In this document: piece after piece, positions 13,389-26,800 of the stretch
Position numbering within the stretch: position 1 is the stretch's first letter
Layout of the letters: each line of letters opens with the position of its first letter
Origin: Bugula neritina
Lineage: Eukaryota > Animalia > Bryozoa
Length of the DNA: 64,000 bases
Assembly: GCA_964035545.1 (NCBI GenBank)
Contig: OZ037768.1
Coordinates: 19,451,700-19,515,699 of the forward strand
Direction of reading: 5' to 3'
The notes under the pieces: model-generated
Seen by the model: only the letters and a program-made list of their open reading frames with translations
Databases searched by the model: none
What the model was told of the DNA's origin: nothing
Program-made: the position numbers and the translations under genes

Positions 13389-14634
13389 CGTACATTCATT
13401 TCATTTGAGAACTCGGGTCTTCTCAAACTTATTCCTACAACATCCCTTCTATCAGAGCAGCAGTCTTCTGTACCTTCTTTGATTCCAACTTGATTTAATT
13501 AGTAAAATCTGCAAAAAACTGCTTGTATGCTTCAACATTAAAGGATATTTCCTGCCTAACTCTAAACATCTACAGAAATTACTCTGTAGGCATTATTAGA
13601 GCAAGACCTGAAAGCTGTCACAATGTCAAAATTTATGTTTTATAAAAGTATTTCAATATGCATAACAGAGTAATTAAAGTTTAGTAGAATTACTTGAATT
13701 ACCTGAAGAATTTGAGTAGAACACACTTCTGTGTTTCCCTGAATGCAGCTGAAGTTACAGCGTATTGAGCATATGCCAGCACTGAGTGTAAGTTACTACC
13801 TTGCATGGCCGTGTACGTCTGCTGAGTGTAGTCTAGGTACAAGACTCCAGTGCCAACTCGACAAGTATAATAGGATACCTTGCACAATGTGTCACGGTGC
13901 ACTGAAGAATAATGGATACATTAAACATGCCTCTCAAATCACTTGTTTGATGATGCTGATCCGTGGGGAATAGTTAGCGACTGGTATGCAACACCATATA
14001 TTAAAAAGACAAACCCTTAATACTGATCTTTATCTCCATTCAGACTCTTTACTGAATACTCAAAGAGCTACCCTCAACTTTATTATATTAGAATTTTTGT
14101 AATTTTGTAATGTCCATTGTACTGATGTGAATATCAGATGGGCATTGATAACCATGGTTTTGTTAGAGAATACATCAAAGGTTGCTTCGGCTATTTGAAC
14201 AGTCATAATTGTAGTTAATGAGCCAATTTATGTGTGCTGCAGCTTAGGATTGAGGAGGGATTGGTGACTTGTGAAAAAGTTATCCAGTGACAGCAGGATT
14301 GCTTGGGTTCCTCCAATGCCTATTATATTTCATAAAATTTAATTTGGCCCACAACATTGAAATGAAAAGTATTGCATTAACCAATTAGTTCTCAATGTTG
14401 TTAATACAGTTACTTTTGTAGTACAAATGGGGCAGTTTTCAAAATCAGAAGTTTACAACCATGGCTGACAGCACACCTTGGACATTATGTTTTGTACTAC
14501 AGCTCAATGTAGTGGAATAACTTAAAAGCAATGATGGCAGTTAAAGCAACATGCAACTTTAACCTAATTTATTTTTAAACAGCTGCTGGTCAGGCAACTT
14601 ATCATGCTCAGATTATTCAATTGAAACGGGGAGG

Positions 14635-14796
14635 TAGGTGCAGCAATGGAGAAATTGAGAAAAGATTGTGTTCTAGATTAGAAATGCAGCATAAGAAATT
14701 ATGTTCTTGCAAGACTTTCAACCCACGCCCCAACCCAAAATAGAATAATAAAATAAAAGAGCTTGGGCTATCTCAATTTCTCCACTACTGCTCCTA
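14635..14796. mobile_element. ~160-bp MITE (family A); other copies ~12411-12570, 32511-32672, 45111-45247
   Basis: TIRs TAGGTGCAGCAATGGAGAAATTGAGA ... TCTCAATTTCTCCACTACTGCTCCTA; shared internal TTCTAGATTAGAAATG.AGCA.AAGAAGTTATGTTCT; TA termini suggest Tc1/mariner-type mobilisation. Confidence 0.8.
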
Positions 14797-17700
14797 AATT
14801 TGAGAACAGAGGCTACACTTTCACTTCTCCTGTCAAACAGCTGTTTGACAGAAATGATGAAATATGAAACTTACAGCAAAATCACAAGCAAAAAGTCCTT
14901 ATATTTCTATCATAGCGACTCGAAACCAGTTTTCAGTGGAATTTTTTTTCCTGCATGACTTTACATTAACATGATTTATCTAACAATGCTAACATAAATC
15001 TGTACAATAAATCACTTATCTTCTTTTATAATCTGTCGACTCCCATTGAATTGTCTGTTAACTTTCAGATCACTGATAATTCATTTGATTTATATCTCAA
15101 AAACTACATAGAAATGACTGGATATTATATTCCCAGTAATTCTCCATCAATTCTTGGCATACACATGATTTATTGCAAGCTAATAGGTTCCACATCATCA
15201 ACAAAGCAATGAAAGATCATCTATATTAACTTTACATTTTATTTAAATTTCTTAAAAAGTAGATCTGATGCCAGTCAAGCTTCTACATTAAAACTGGTTA
15301 CGATACTTGCTGTTATACTTAACTACATGCCATTAACAGCTATACTTCTGAACAGGTATATTTAATACTACTTCACGAGTTTATTTTAGTTACCTGCGCA
15401 TGGCTGCCTATCAGATGTTGCATTGTGGTCCTTTCAATTCAGTCTCCTCTCTTGTCCACCAAACGGCTTTGACCATCTCTTCCGCAGCAGCCATCTTTCT
15501 TGTCTCTGTAGCAAACCAACTGTATTATAACTATTTGAAAACTGCTTTAGCTTTGGTTATGCAGGCAGCAATAGTATGTGGCACACTGACAAATGCAGAC
15601 GCTGTCTCTGTAAAAGAACAGATAGTGCTATCACGTGACTGCTCTCAGTGCTGCCTGTTGCCAAGTGTACATGTTATATAGAGATGACTGTGTAGCCCAG
15701 CCAGAGGTGTGTTTTATTATTCAGTAATTGATACAATCAAGTCATTGTTTTAAAAAAGCAGCTGTGAAACTTCTTACTGTCTACATTTATACTCGCAGAA
15801 ATGGAGACTAAATAGACAGGAAATGAGAAATAAAACAAAACTTGCGTTATTAATGAGTAATATTATAGCAGTTATTTTCAGCAGGCAGCCTCATAAAACA
15901 CGCAGACTCTTGTCTATAAGAAAGAGCAGAAGAAGGCAATAACATTATTATGAGTATTGTGATAGCTTTCTGATGTGTTGATCCAAAGGCTAACTTACAA
16001 AATCTGGACTTACTAAAATAGTACAACAAGCAACACCAGCCGCCATCCGTCATGCTTCAAGCTGAAGCTGGTATATGTAGTCTGATTTCATCACAATTTA
16101 TAAGAGTGTAATCTGAAACTTTATTGTTTTGAGTACAAAAATGATCAAAAGCTACAACATTGTGGACAAAATAATGTTCTTTTGAAAAAAAGTGCTAAAG
16201 AAAAGTAATAAGCTTGCATGGCGTGTGCCACAGACTCTGTCAAGACGTAGCACCTTGCAACAACTGTTGAAGCACATGCAACTCATAATACACTCTAAAC
16301 ACTGAAATGAAAGGCTGCAGTACAAAAAAGAAGAAAGTAGGATTAAATGTTACCTGAGTAGATGCTTAACTTGTAGGAAGCCAATGTCATGGAACACTGG
16401 ATAAGCTCATATGACTTCCATAGTTCATTACTCCATCTTTTATACCCTTACAATGGTTCAGTGATCACCTTGGTGCCGTGGTGTCTCCTGCGTATCCCAC
16501 AATGCTAGCAGCATATCAACAAGTACATAGACATCAAATGAAGTATGAGATGCAAGTTAATAATTATGATAGTCGGGCCATACTTTTGAAAACGTTGAAA
16601 CATTTTCATGTATTTTATGTAGAGCTATTTTTCGATTTACACCACTTTTGTTTTTAGCATGTAACTTCTATACTTATACATCTACCTTACTAAAGAAGAT
16701 TGTCAAATAGCTTGACAAACTTAGCTCAGTTATAGCTATTAGTTGTAAAAACATGATATACAGAGATTATATTTCTGGTGAGCCCAAGTTTTGCAAGTGT
16801 GGCTTTTTAATGGCTACAACAACACTGAGTATAATATACAGATAGCGCTTGGTTTTCACACACAGAGTTATCCTCCCATAGTTTATTCAAAACCTTACAG
16901 TATGATGACTATACTAAACTCAGAAGCACTGTGTTGTTGGAAATGAGTTATATATATTAATGTCATAGAATAAAAATATTCCTTACAGATTACAAAAAGT
17001 TTATATACATGTGTTGTAAAAGAGCACAATGTAGATCAAAGAAATATATTATGAGAATTATGTCGAAGCTTTCTCTTATTGAAACCAACAAACTCGTACA
17101 TAGACGAGTCTTCAAATTTACAATAATCGGAGTATGAAGGTGGAATGAGCTACAAACTAAGAGTTTAACACAAGTGCTAGATGCTGGGAGTAACTGAATT
17201 ATGAAGCTGCAGTATATTATGTCATATGACTCTATAGCCTTCAGATCAGGAGTACCAAATTTAGTGTGGGGGCCTGCATGTGGCTTCAAGCTTCTAGTTT
17301 CTGGCCCATAAGTTCTAGAAAAATTGTCAAACACTGTTGCAGCTGTCAGCTGACTATGTTACAAATTAGATAATTCCTGTGTATAAAAGTGATTCATGGA
17401 AAACTGTGTTGAATTATGACAAAAATGTCTTTCAACGGCCCTCATGATGGCAGGCCATGTCTGTATTAAAACCAGGAGGCTTTGAGCAAACTGTGAAGCT
17501 CTGCAAAGACTGTAAAATGTTTACAAGTGCCTCTAGTGGAGATGATCTTGGGTAGTACTTAGATTTAATGTATGTAAAAATAGAAACTGCAGATAGGAGC
17601 ATCAAGTAAATGTTGACTATATGATATTATATCTTGTGAAGTGTTGAAGGTTTACCCATTATATTTTGCTAATTCTAAAGCTATATACTTTTATTTAATA

Positions 17701-19484
17701 GTTCATTCTTATGAAAATATCAACTATTTTCTAAATAACAAAGCATTTAGAATCTGCATAACACAATAGCCATAGACTCTAGTGAAAGAACTCATCCTGC
17801 TCACTAAAAATATATGAAACTTTTGGTCTTTCTTATAGTTTTTCAGTAATATCTTTGTCCAAGTAGCACTTTATACTTTTACTGTGTTACTCTTGGCTAC
17901 TTATATTACATGATCTCTTCATAACCTCTTCTGTCTATCATCTTCCACCCCCTCTTCTCTCTCCACCCCCTTTCACCCCCTCCTCTCTCTCCACCCCTCT
18001 CCACTCACCCCCTTGTATGACTGGTCTGAAATTAACCATTAATTTGCTGATAGACACAGATTCTTCAAGTTTTTAAAAAATTTGACATAGCAATCTTCAA
18101 GTAACTGTTTCAGTTTTGTAGTTTTGAGTGCATCAATCAAAAAAGTAACTTCTATGTCAGATAAGATCAAAAGTGCCCCATTAATGCAAAAATCAAATGA
18201 TGTCCCCTTATTAAACAAATTTGTTTTCCTGCATTCTACAAGATACTTTTACTGTCTACAAAGAGCTATGTTAGTTAAACCTAATGAGCCCAAGCTATTT
18301 AATGTGCAAACAGCTATAGCTGGCAGAAAACCTTCAATTGAAAAATGTGAGACAAGATTGTAGGCTAAGTTCATGCTTGTGGGGACATCTGTACTAACCT
18401 AAGCTTATTATAAGATCTTAGTAGTACTAGAAAGAAGCTATACTTGAGTTTGGCTATAGCACATTCTGATGTACTTAGATTTATACTCGACTTATATAAT
18501 ATGACAGTTCTGAAAGGCTTAAACAAATAAGGAAAAATTTCAAAAATAGAGTCTAAAGTTGAATCGTCTTGTTATTATCTCTGAAAAAAGTAGTTTAGAA
18601 GTATGTGTAGCTGATAATTGCATATTGTCAACTATCTTTTATTACACTTTGAAAGCCATATTAAAACGTGCGGCAGTGACTCAGGAACACATTAACAAAC
18701 CATCTCATCTGTGTAAAGTGATATATGTTTATTTCCTTACAATATAAGCTATTAAAAAAACAAAGAAACATGATTGCATAATATAAGTGCAAACCAAAGT
18801 TTGATACTTTATAGACTATAACCATAACCATGATGTCTGTCTGTTTTAAGTGAGCACATCAGTATAACAGCAACCAGTTAACTACAGTGTTACGTGTAGC
18901 TGTGATTATATAACCATGTGTGTGTGCGTGGGAGTGCGTGTTTAATCTATTAATTCATGATAGGTTATTTATTTACTAAAATAATTCAGCAATTTAATTT
19001 TTTACTGTTTAAACCTTCAAGAAATTTAGAAAAGGTGCAAAGCAAATATATTGGCTCTTTTTGAAATCTTGTTCTCTAATGATCCACAACATTATATTAC
19101 ATGGTATTTGGTGACTAAGCACTTCCTGGTCAATTTGAATGAGATTAAGTTATTCTAACATTGGAGAAAATTCTCTGTGAGTATTCAGTCATGTGAACCA
19201 CCCTTCTATCAGCAATGATTATGTGGAATCTGCCTATTAAACAAGTCATGGTACTACACAGTCACAGGAAGTTAGTAAAAGACATATTAATCTTTGAGAC
19301 AAGTTAACATATTTTACAAAAACAATTATTAGGAGCATTAAGTTGTTAAGATAAGCATTATAGGCAATAATGAACAAAGTATCACATTCTTAATCTAATG
19401 TCACTTTAAAACTAGTTGCATTTTTAAGTATATTATAATATATTCTTATTTTAATTAAGGCTTTAAGACTGAAGACACACTATC

Positions 19485-19970
19485 GTGTAGTGTGTGGTGT
19501 GTGGTGTGTGGTGTGTGGTGTGTGGTGTGTGGTGTGTGGTGTGTGGTGTGTGGTGTGTGGTGTGTGGTGTGTGGTGTATAGTGTGTGGTGTGTGGTGTGT
19601 GGTGTGTGGTGTGTAGTGTGTGGTGTGTGGTGTGTGGTGTGTGGTGTGTGGTGTGTGGTGTGTGGTGTGTAGTGTGTGGTGTGTGGTGTGTGGTGTGTGG
19701 TGTGTGGTGTGTGGTGTATAGTGTGTGGTGTGTGGTGTGTGGTGTGTGGTGTGTGGTGTGTGGTGTGTGGTGTGTGTAGTGTGTGGTGTGTGGTGTGTGG
19801 TGTGTAGTGTGTGGTGTGTGGTGTGTGGTGTGTAGTGTGTGGTGTGTGGTGTGTAGTGTGTAGTGTGTGGTGTGTGGTGTGTGGTGTGTGGTGTGTGGTG
19901 TGTGTAGTGTGTGGTGTGTGGTGTGTGGTGTGTAGTGTGTAGTGTGTGGTGTGTGGTGTGTGGTGTGTGT
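19485..19970. repeat. (GTGTGTG/TGTGTGG)n 7-bp tandem repeat
   Basis: About 70 copies of TGTGTGG with G>A variants; source of the spurious His/Thr and Val/Cys/Trp ORFs. Confidence 0.97.
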
Positions 19971-20597
19971 CTGCGCACTCATGCTAAGCACTTTCAAGTG
20001 ACAGCAGAAATCTAGATGAAAAGCTAAAAGCATATCTAAACTGGTAGGACATGATGTGTTGCTTTTATTTGAACGGATTTGTTGATTTTGAAAATCTTAT
20101 TGTAAAAATATATCATTGGGCACATACAATATCTAGAAGTAGCCCTAGGCTTGGTTGCAGAGCTAGAGACTTGAAGGGCCCATGACTGTAGTCCCCACTC
20201 TTTAAATTGAAAGCCTTTATTTAGCCTTGAGAAATAATGTTTGAACATAACTTTAACCTGCAAAAGAATCTCTTTATAACTATATAACATTATTATATAG
20301 AAGTTTTTCCTCATAGTTTTTGTAGGAAAGGCCTTGTACTGCTGCTTAATATAATATTGCAGGCCTACTTGAATTATAGTTTTTTACTCTTTAATATAAT
20401 AATTTGTTATTTTTACAAGATGCAGATTGAAGCGTGAAAAGTACACAATCTGTAGCAGCTACTATCAACCGTACTGTGCTCAATTATACCAAAGCTATTG
20501 AATTTATTCTTGTCTCAGCTAGGGACAGATAACTTCCACTTTTAGCCAACTTGATTGTTTTATCGACCATATTATTATAAGTTACATGTATATGCTG

Positions 20598-20727
20598 GTT
20601 ACTTAGCAACTAGAATAACATCACTAGCAAGCTACCTCCCTCTTTATCTACTGATGGTATATCTCCATTTATGTATACTAGCATTCTGCCTTATCAGCAT
20701 TCAGATTTTGCTTGTTTCTATGGTAAC
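20598..20727. promoter_or_regulatory. Two RFX X-box-like motifs
   Basis: GTTACTTAGCAAC (20598-20610) and GTTTCTATGGTAAC (20714-20727) match the RFX palindromic consensus GTNRCC/YATGG/RYAAC. Confidence 0.45.
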
Positions 20728-21994
20728 CCATAAATAACAGCAGCCACTTACTCTGTTGAATGTAATCTTGGCAATAATCAGGTGATCTAGTTAAATTAGG
20801 CTCAACAATAGCAGGCTTGACAAGTGCAGTACGTAAATAAGCAAGTGTGTTGCTATGAATACACGTTATGAAGTTAAATAAAGTAAAATACACCCTAAAA
20901 GTAGCTAAATACTGCAGTGATGCAGCGGGTTATTTAGAAATTGAAATAAAATGCTGTTTATGTCACCAAAACCTAAAACGCATCTTTGGCCGTAAACGTT
21001 CAAGTCCCAAATTTAAAAATATTCACGTTTGATATTAGGAATGCTAATAGAGCATTAACACCTGCCTTGTCTATAGCACTATGCAGCATTTATGCATAAC
21101 TACTATTTAACAAGGTTGGCTATAATATAAACATTTTGTTATCAACTCCATTCAATTGATCTGGAGAGGTAATAAATATTTCATTGGCTAGGTGCTGATT
21201 TGTCTTTACATTTTCTGTTTATTTTAAGAACTTCGTGCAATATTTATATACCCTTTTATAATTTAGCCAATCTTTAAAATCATGAAATCTCGCTTATGAT
21301 GTCATTCACCAATTATATGTTACATAACCGAAATTATAACTTTAAATTTTAATTGAATTTCGAGCACTTTCATTCCTTTACATTTTAAAACATAATGAAC
21401 TTTGTTTTTCATTGCGTCTAATATATATACCTAATTAAAATATATTAATTTTGGTGGGAGTTTCAAAAGGCCAGGTGATATGCTAAATTAGTAGAGTGTA
21501 CAGGTTGGGTGCTGAATATTTTCAACTAATTCATTTCCAGTCAGAAATATCCAGTCTGAATCAATCTCTTTTTCAAATCTCAACAATTAATGACACTTCT
21601 CTTGACAGCTTTCTAATAATAATAACTGTAATCTATTATATTCATTACATTATCTTAAAATGCATTAATCTAAATATTACATGGAAACATCAATACTTAT
21701 TGATTTGCAGCTCTTTAGTTCAAAGGGAGAAATCAGCGACCTAAAGAATAAAATCTCTAGTCGGCTTTGTTTTGGATAAGTGCGCTATTATATCATGAGC
21801 AATTAGCGGTATTGACACAAAGTATTAAAATTCTTTGCAATTTGAATTGATACTTTGCTTAGATATACACAACTTTTCATTTATCTGATATGTCGAAGAC
21901 TCATATATGTGCAAAAATGCAAGATTAAATTTGATTTTTAGTTCTTAAACTGTAAAGTGTATAAATTACATTTTGGTTGACTGAAGACATCTAG

Positions 21995-23210
21995 ATGACA
22001 GGAAGAAGAAGGCATGGGATAAAAGAAATAAAAAATATTTCTAACAGAAATTTTAAGCTTGCTGAGCAAATGAACAAGTTGGAGAAAGCAAAGATGGATA
22101 AAACCATAGAAACTATTGACAAGTCTTGCAGGTACTTTTCATCTCTCATTTGCCAAAATTCAAACTCTTTTTAGTTTTTCAAGTAAGTTTTACAACTAAA
22201 ATTGGAAAGAATTTAGACTTTAAGTTTGTAAAATAAGCATATTATGTTAAACTTGCATGTAATTTTAATTGGCAAAGCAGATGTTTTAATTTATTGATGA
22301 GCTTCTTTTATTATATGATATAATGAAAGCTGGTTGACATACTGTAAAATATTTTATAAGAACGAAAATTAAGGATAGAATGACGAAGAAAAGTTTAAAA
22401 TTAAAGGTAGATGAAGTTTGACAGAATCCTTGATAATTGGTTTTAAATTAAGCCCAATGTAGCTGGACTACAGTTTCCACTGCCGTTTGTGAAGCTAATT
22501 CATATCAAATTTACCTGTACTCTGTTTATTCTTTAAAATAATCATAGAAGCTGCAGTACTGATAAAAATGTAAAAAGTAAATAAATAAGTCCAGCTGCAG
22601 CTATTTTCCTTTTTATCTAATTTGTACTTCGGATTATACAGAAGGCCAAAAAAGCAGTGGCAAAAATGTATTAGTTGTTGTAAAAAGTGAGCATGTTGCA
22701 CGACTTGTACATTTCATTCAACACTTGAGTGTTTCATTAAAGAAACATTAATTAAGCTTAAGACATTATAAAACTGGAAAGCAAAGTGTTCAATATAATA
22801 TTATTCTCTTAGTCAATGGTGTTATAGGAATTTGTGTAAATAAATGCAGATACAAGACTTGGAGTATGGAAAAGTATAAGGAGAGAATGTTAACAAGATC
22901 TAAAGCCAGGACAGACCATGAAGAGCCAGCAGTGATCAAGTATATTACCAATGACCCAATGAAGAGATCATGGTCTGAAGTGAGCTCTAACTGGAACTAC
23001 GGTCCTTCAACTCGGAAAATTCACCAACATTCCCATCTTCTGGAACGTTCTAAAGAACATGAACACAGGGCATTGCTAAATGCTTCACATTGTTTAGAGA
23101 AGATCTGCTCCATGACTCAGCCAATCTCATTACCGCCAATCAGAGCCAAGGATATGGTTTCTGGGCAGATTCACTGGATATACAATACTTCCAACCACAA
23201 ACTGTATTAG
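21995..23210 (+). CDS. Uncharacterised 165-aa basic protein with short coiled coil (2 exons: 21995-22131, 22850-23210)
   Basis: MTGRRRHGIKEIKNISNRNFKLAEQMNKLEKAKMDKTIETIDKSC|RYKTWSMEKYKERML...SLPPIRAK...; phase-2 GT-AG intron joins in frame to ORF 22866-23210; AATAAA at ~23274. Confidence 0.7.
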
Positions 23211-23852
23211 CTGTAAATTTGAGGCTCAATCACATTTGCTTTTTCAATCTAGTCAACTATGGTTAGCTGATGAAATAAATATACACATAATTGCTAATAA
23301 TAAATATCCTCAGGTCTTATTTTATTTATAAAAATTTACAGTGCAAAAATGAATGATTGCAATAACAAAGATAATAGAAAAATAGAATGTAAAATAAAAA
23401 CACTTGTACAAGTTGGCAATAATTTAGAAATATCAGTCCTATTTATCTTCGGTGCTAAAAATATAAAACTATAATAAAAATTAAAGATAAGAAATGCTAT
23501 TATTACAATTGTACACCAGTAAACAGTATCTAGTGTGACATGTATCATACTCAGTACTCATTGAAACAGTAACTTAGTTATAACAGGTGACTGTTTCTAA
23601 TCAGAATTCAGTGGTACCCTGTGTAGTATAATATCAATGCAGGGAAGTGGACAAGAGAAAGGCAGTGTTAATAACATACAAAAAGAAAAAAGATTAAAAA
23701 CAGCTACGGTCCATGGCTCAAATGCAAACTCCTAGCTGCTAATAGTTAATATAAAAAAAATATAAAAACTTAAATAATTAGCTTTAAATAATACAGAGAA
23801 GATGTTTCATGTACAGAAGTCATGCTGGTGCAGCAAGTAACTGTACACAGAG

Positions 23853-26800
23853 CTAGAAGAGCCTGTCAAAGTGTAACAGAATATACTCTACTATAGAGTT
23901 CTGACACATCATGTTCACTGCAATAGCAGACGACTCCTTCTCCGGCCACATCAGTGTCGGCCCGAATACAATAGCTATGTTTTGAGGTCTCATGCGGTTT
24001 TGGTCAGCATGCTGCAGTACTCTACAAGATACAGATCAGAAAAATTCTTACATACAGTTTATTATCAGGCATGTGAAAAGTCTTCTCTACATTCCATACA
24101 TTAGAGGAAATACACAGGATGTGATAACTCTTAAATTACAATTCAAAAACATTTCCATTTCAAACAATATAGCAATGGTAATGAATTTAATGCTGCTAAT
24201 TTCACAAATATATAAATAAATTGTATTGAATATTTCTATGAAAGCGTTTTTCACAAAAATAGATATATTATTCTAAATCAGCAAACACTATATACATGCT
24301 ATGATTATACATCCACTATATACATCCTCCATGCATACAATATATGTATACACTTTACATACACTATACATACAGTATACACATACTATACATGTTTTAT
24401 ACACATTATATACACACAATATGCATATGCTATACACACTATATACATACTATACATACACTATACACTATACAGTACACATACTATACATACATTATAC
24501 ACTATACAGTGTACATACTATACATACATTATACACTATACAGTGTACATACTATACATACATTATACACTATACAGTGTACATACTATACATACACTAT
24601 ACACTATACAGTGTACATACTATACATATACAAGAAACAAGGTGTTGTGGCATACAAACCTCACTAAATGTGAGAAGAGAAGCTTCAAGGTGTTACTATT
24701 AACAGTTGGCATAGTGGAAAGATGCAGCTTCATATTTCGAGCTCTTTTTTTACCATCTTTATCTCCTGGAAGATATAATATTGTTATGTTAGCCATTCAT
24801 TATTCGTAAATACCTTATAAGTAATACTGTGTATGGACACTTGGTATGTAGCAACTGACATTAATAGCTCAGACATTGTTAGGTAACACTAAAACACACT
24901 TACAAAGATTCAGTGAACCAGTTGTTCAACAGAACTACATGTACATTCACTTCCAGCAATCAGTTTTTATTACAAATATAACAATGACCTGGAATTAGCC
25001 ACATTTCGAATAACTTCATAACTGACTATGTTTGCAAATGAACAAAACATAAAAAAGCAACATCTAAACACAGAAGACTGTGGCTTCTGACTCTAACAAT
25101 ATATCTGACAATTTTCATTGCGCCATCTGCGAAGCTCTAAATTTACAATTATTTTTAACACAACTGCAGTAACTGGTCATGCAACAGCAGAAGTCATGAG
25201 CAGAAAAGGTGAGATTAGAGCAGCAACAAGAAGAAAGATTTGGCAGCCCACAAATTCTTTGAAAAGTCGAAAACATTGAGGAATAAAGCTGACCAAGACA
25301 GCTTTGAACATATTTTTGAGGAGAAAATTACAGAAATGTTTAATATCATCACAAACATGACAAATTAAAGCCAGTGAAGCCACCATGAAACTATTTCTAC
25401 ACCAGAACTTACAGGAGAAATTTAGAAAAATATCACAAATTCCGATGTATACGCTTTTGCACATTTCTGGAACAGTATATACTTTTATAGCGATTGGAAA
25501 AGTAAACGGTCCATCCCACATATGCTTATCCAGTTATGCTCGAGGAAAATAGTTCCATTGGCTTGACATGACGTACAGATATCACATTTACATATGGACA
25601 AGGTGCAAGAACACGCTGTTTGTAAGATGGAAGTTACAAGGAAGATATTAGGATGGTGTGGAATAAGAATGGTAGGCTATAGACTGAAGTTGCGTTTATA
25701 CCTCTGCTGAAAAAAGTACGAGTTTAAGTTAATAATGCTTGTCCGGGTACCCCTTTATAGTCAAACTGAAACTCATTGAAATCATATTGATGCGGTTGCT
25801 CACTTTCTGAAATTGAAATTTGACTCGCATAATAGCTATTTGATGCCCTTTGTAAACGTCGTGAATTAGTGAAGCGGAAAGCATAAAAGCGATAATTGAG
25901 AAGGCGTAGGCTATATAATTATAATCGTATAAGCACGTTGTCTAATCGCCAAAGTAATAACTAAATAACGATGTTTACAAGGAATTATTACTCCTATTCT
26001 AAAATTGGCCGATTAAGTTATCACAGTACAAAAATTTCAACGAGTGGCTTTTACAATGCAATGCAACTCAGAGACATTCCAACCCGGCCAAATTGAATTT
26101 TTGACCGAAAATCGTGAAGGTATAAACGCAACTTTAGAGTTTGACTGAGACAGCACAAGTGTGATATTATAAGTGCAGATCCTGAATGATGCGACTTCAA
26201 AGGCTACTAGTTGGAAAGGGCAAAGGCAGTGTAAAGTGATAAAGAAAAGAAAACAAGTTTTTTTTTAAATATTAGCAATTACAAGTCACTTACTGCATTC
26301 ACTTTGTGTAAGTACAGTTTAAGCTCAGCTTACAATACGCCAACACTTACTGATTGTCTCAGAAAGTGCGTTGTAGAGTTGGAATGGGAAGAGGGGCTCC
26401 TTCAGCTCCCGGAAAAACAGTTTGAGAGCACCTGTGAGCACGTTGATGTCGTAGTCTGCCAGATTATAATCATCTGATTGGTCAACAAGCAGCCTGAGTT
26501 TTTGTATTTGTGCCAAGTTTCCACTGATTCTGTACAAGCCATCGAAATCTAAACCTAGAACATGAGGTCACAACTCTATGAATTACAGAGAAGAAAGAAG
26601 TATCTGTAAAACAAGCTCACATTTAACAATTTTAAAACACATTTACAGTTGAAGTGACTGTGATTATTGAATCAAAACCAAATGTTAAAAGACACACCGT
26701 ATTGTAAATTCAAAGCATTTAAAGCAACGTAAAATAATGATTATTTTAATTCCAAACCTAAATGTCCAAAACCCTTTTAAAATATTCTAATTTTAGTGAA

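Larger units (their letters stand above)
13020..20900 (-). ncRNA. Putative spliced non-coding miR-9 host transcript (pri-miR-9)
   Basis: Minus-strand exon-like blocks with good splice signals (donor at 20751; 16504-16354; 15505-15394; 13980-13943; 13901-13800; 13738-13703; terminal exon from 13508) and AATAAA at ~13040-13035 downstream of the hairpin; the larger blocks have stops in all frames. The 5' extent is uncertain. Confidence 0.5.

Noticed and set aside
13509-13878. Possible U12-type intron (GTATCCTAT donor, TCCTTTAAT branch-like) in the miR-9 host
   Set aside because: Both signals deviate from consensus and ordinary U2 sites explain the region.
14105-14150. Short hairpin partly resembling the miR-2001 3' half
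   Set aside because: Stem only ~40 nt overall and the seed is missing.
15394-15505. In-frame TGA read as selenocysteine in the miR-9 host exons
   Set aside because: No selenoprotein motif or identifiable SECIS; other stops follow.
19455-20033. Long His/Thr/Pro and Val/Cys/Trp ORFs
   Set aside because: Translations of a 7-bp tandem repeat that is open in several frames on both strands; no coding evidence.
25150-25540. 114-aa minus ORF / purine-rich plus-strand block
   Set aside because: No recognisable domain; the plus frames have many stops; at most a highly decayed LINE relic.
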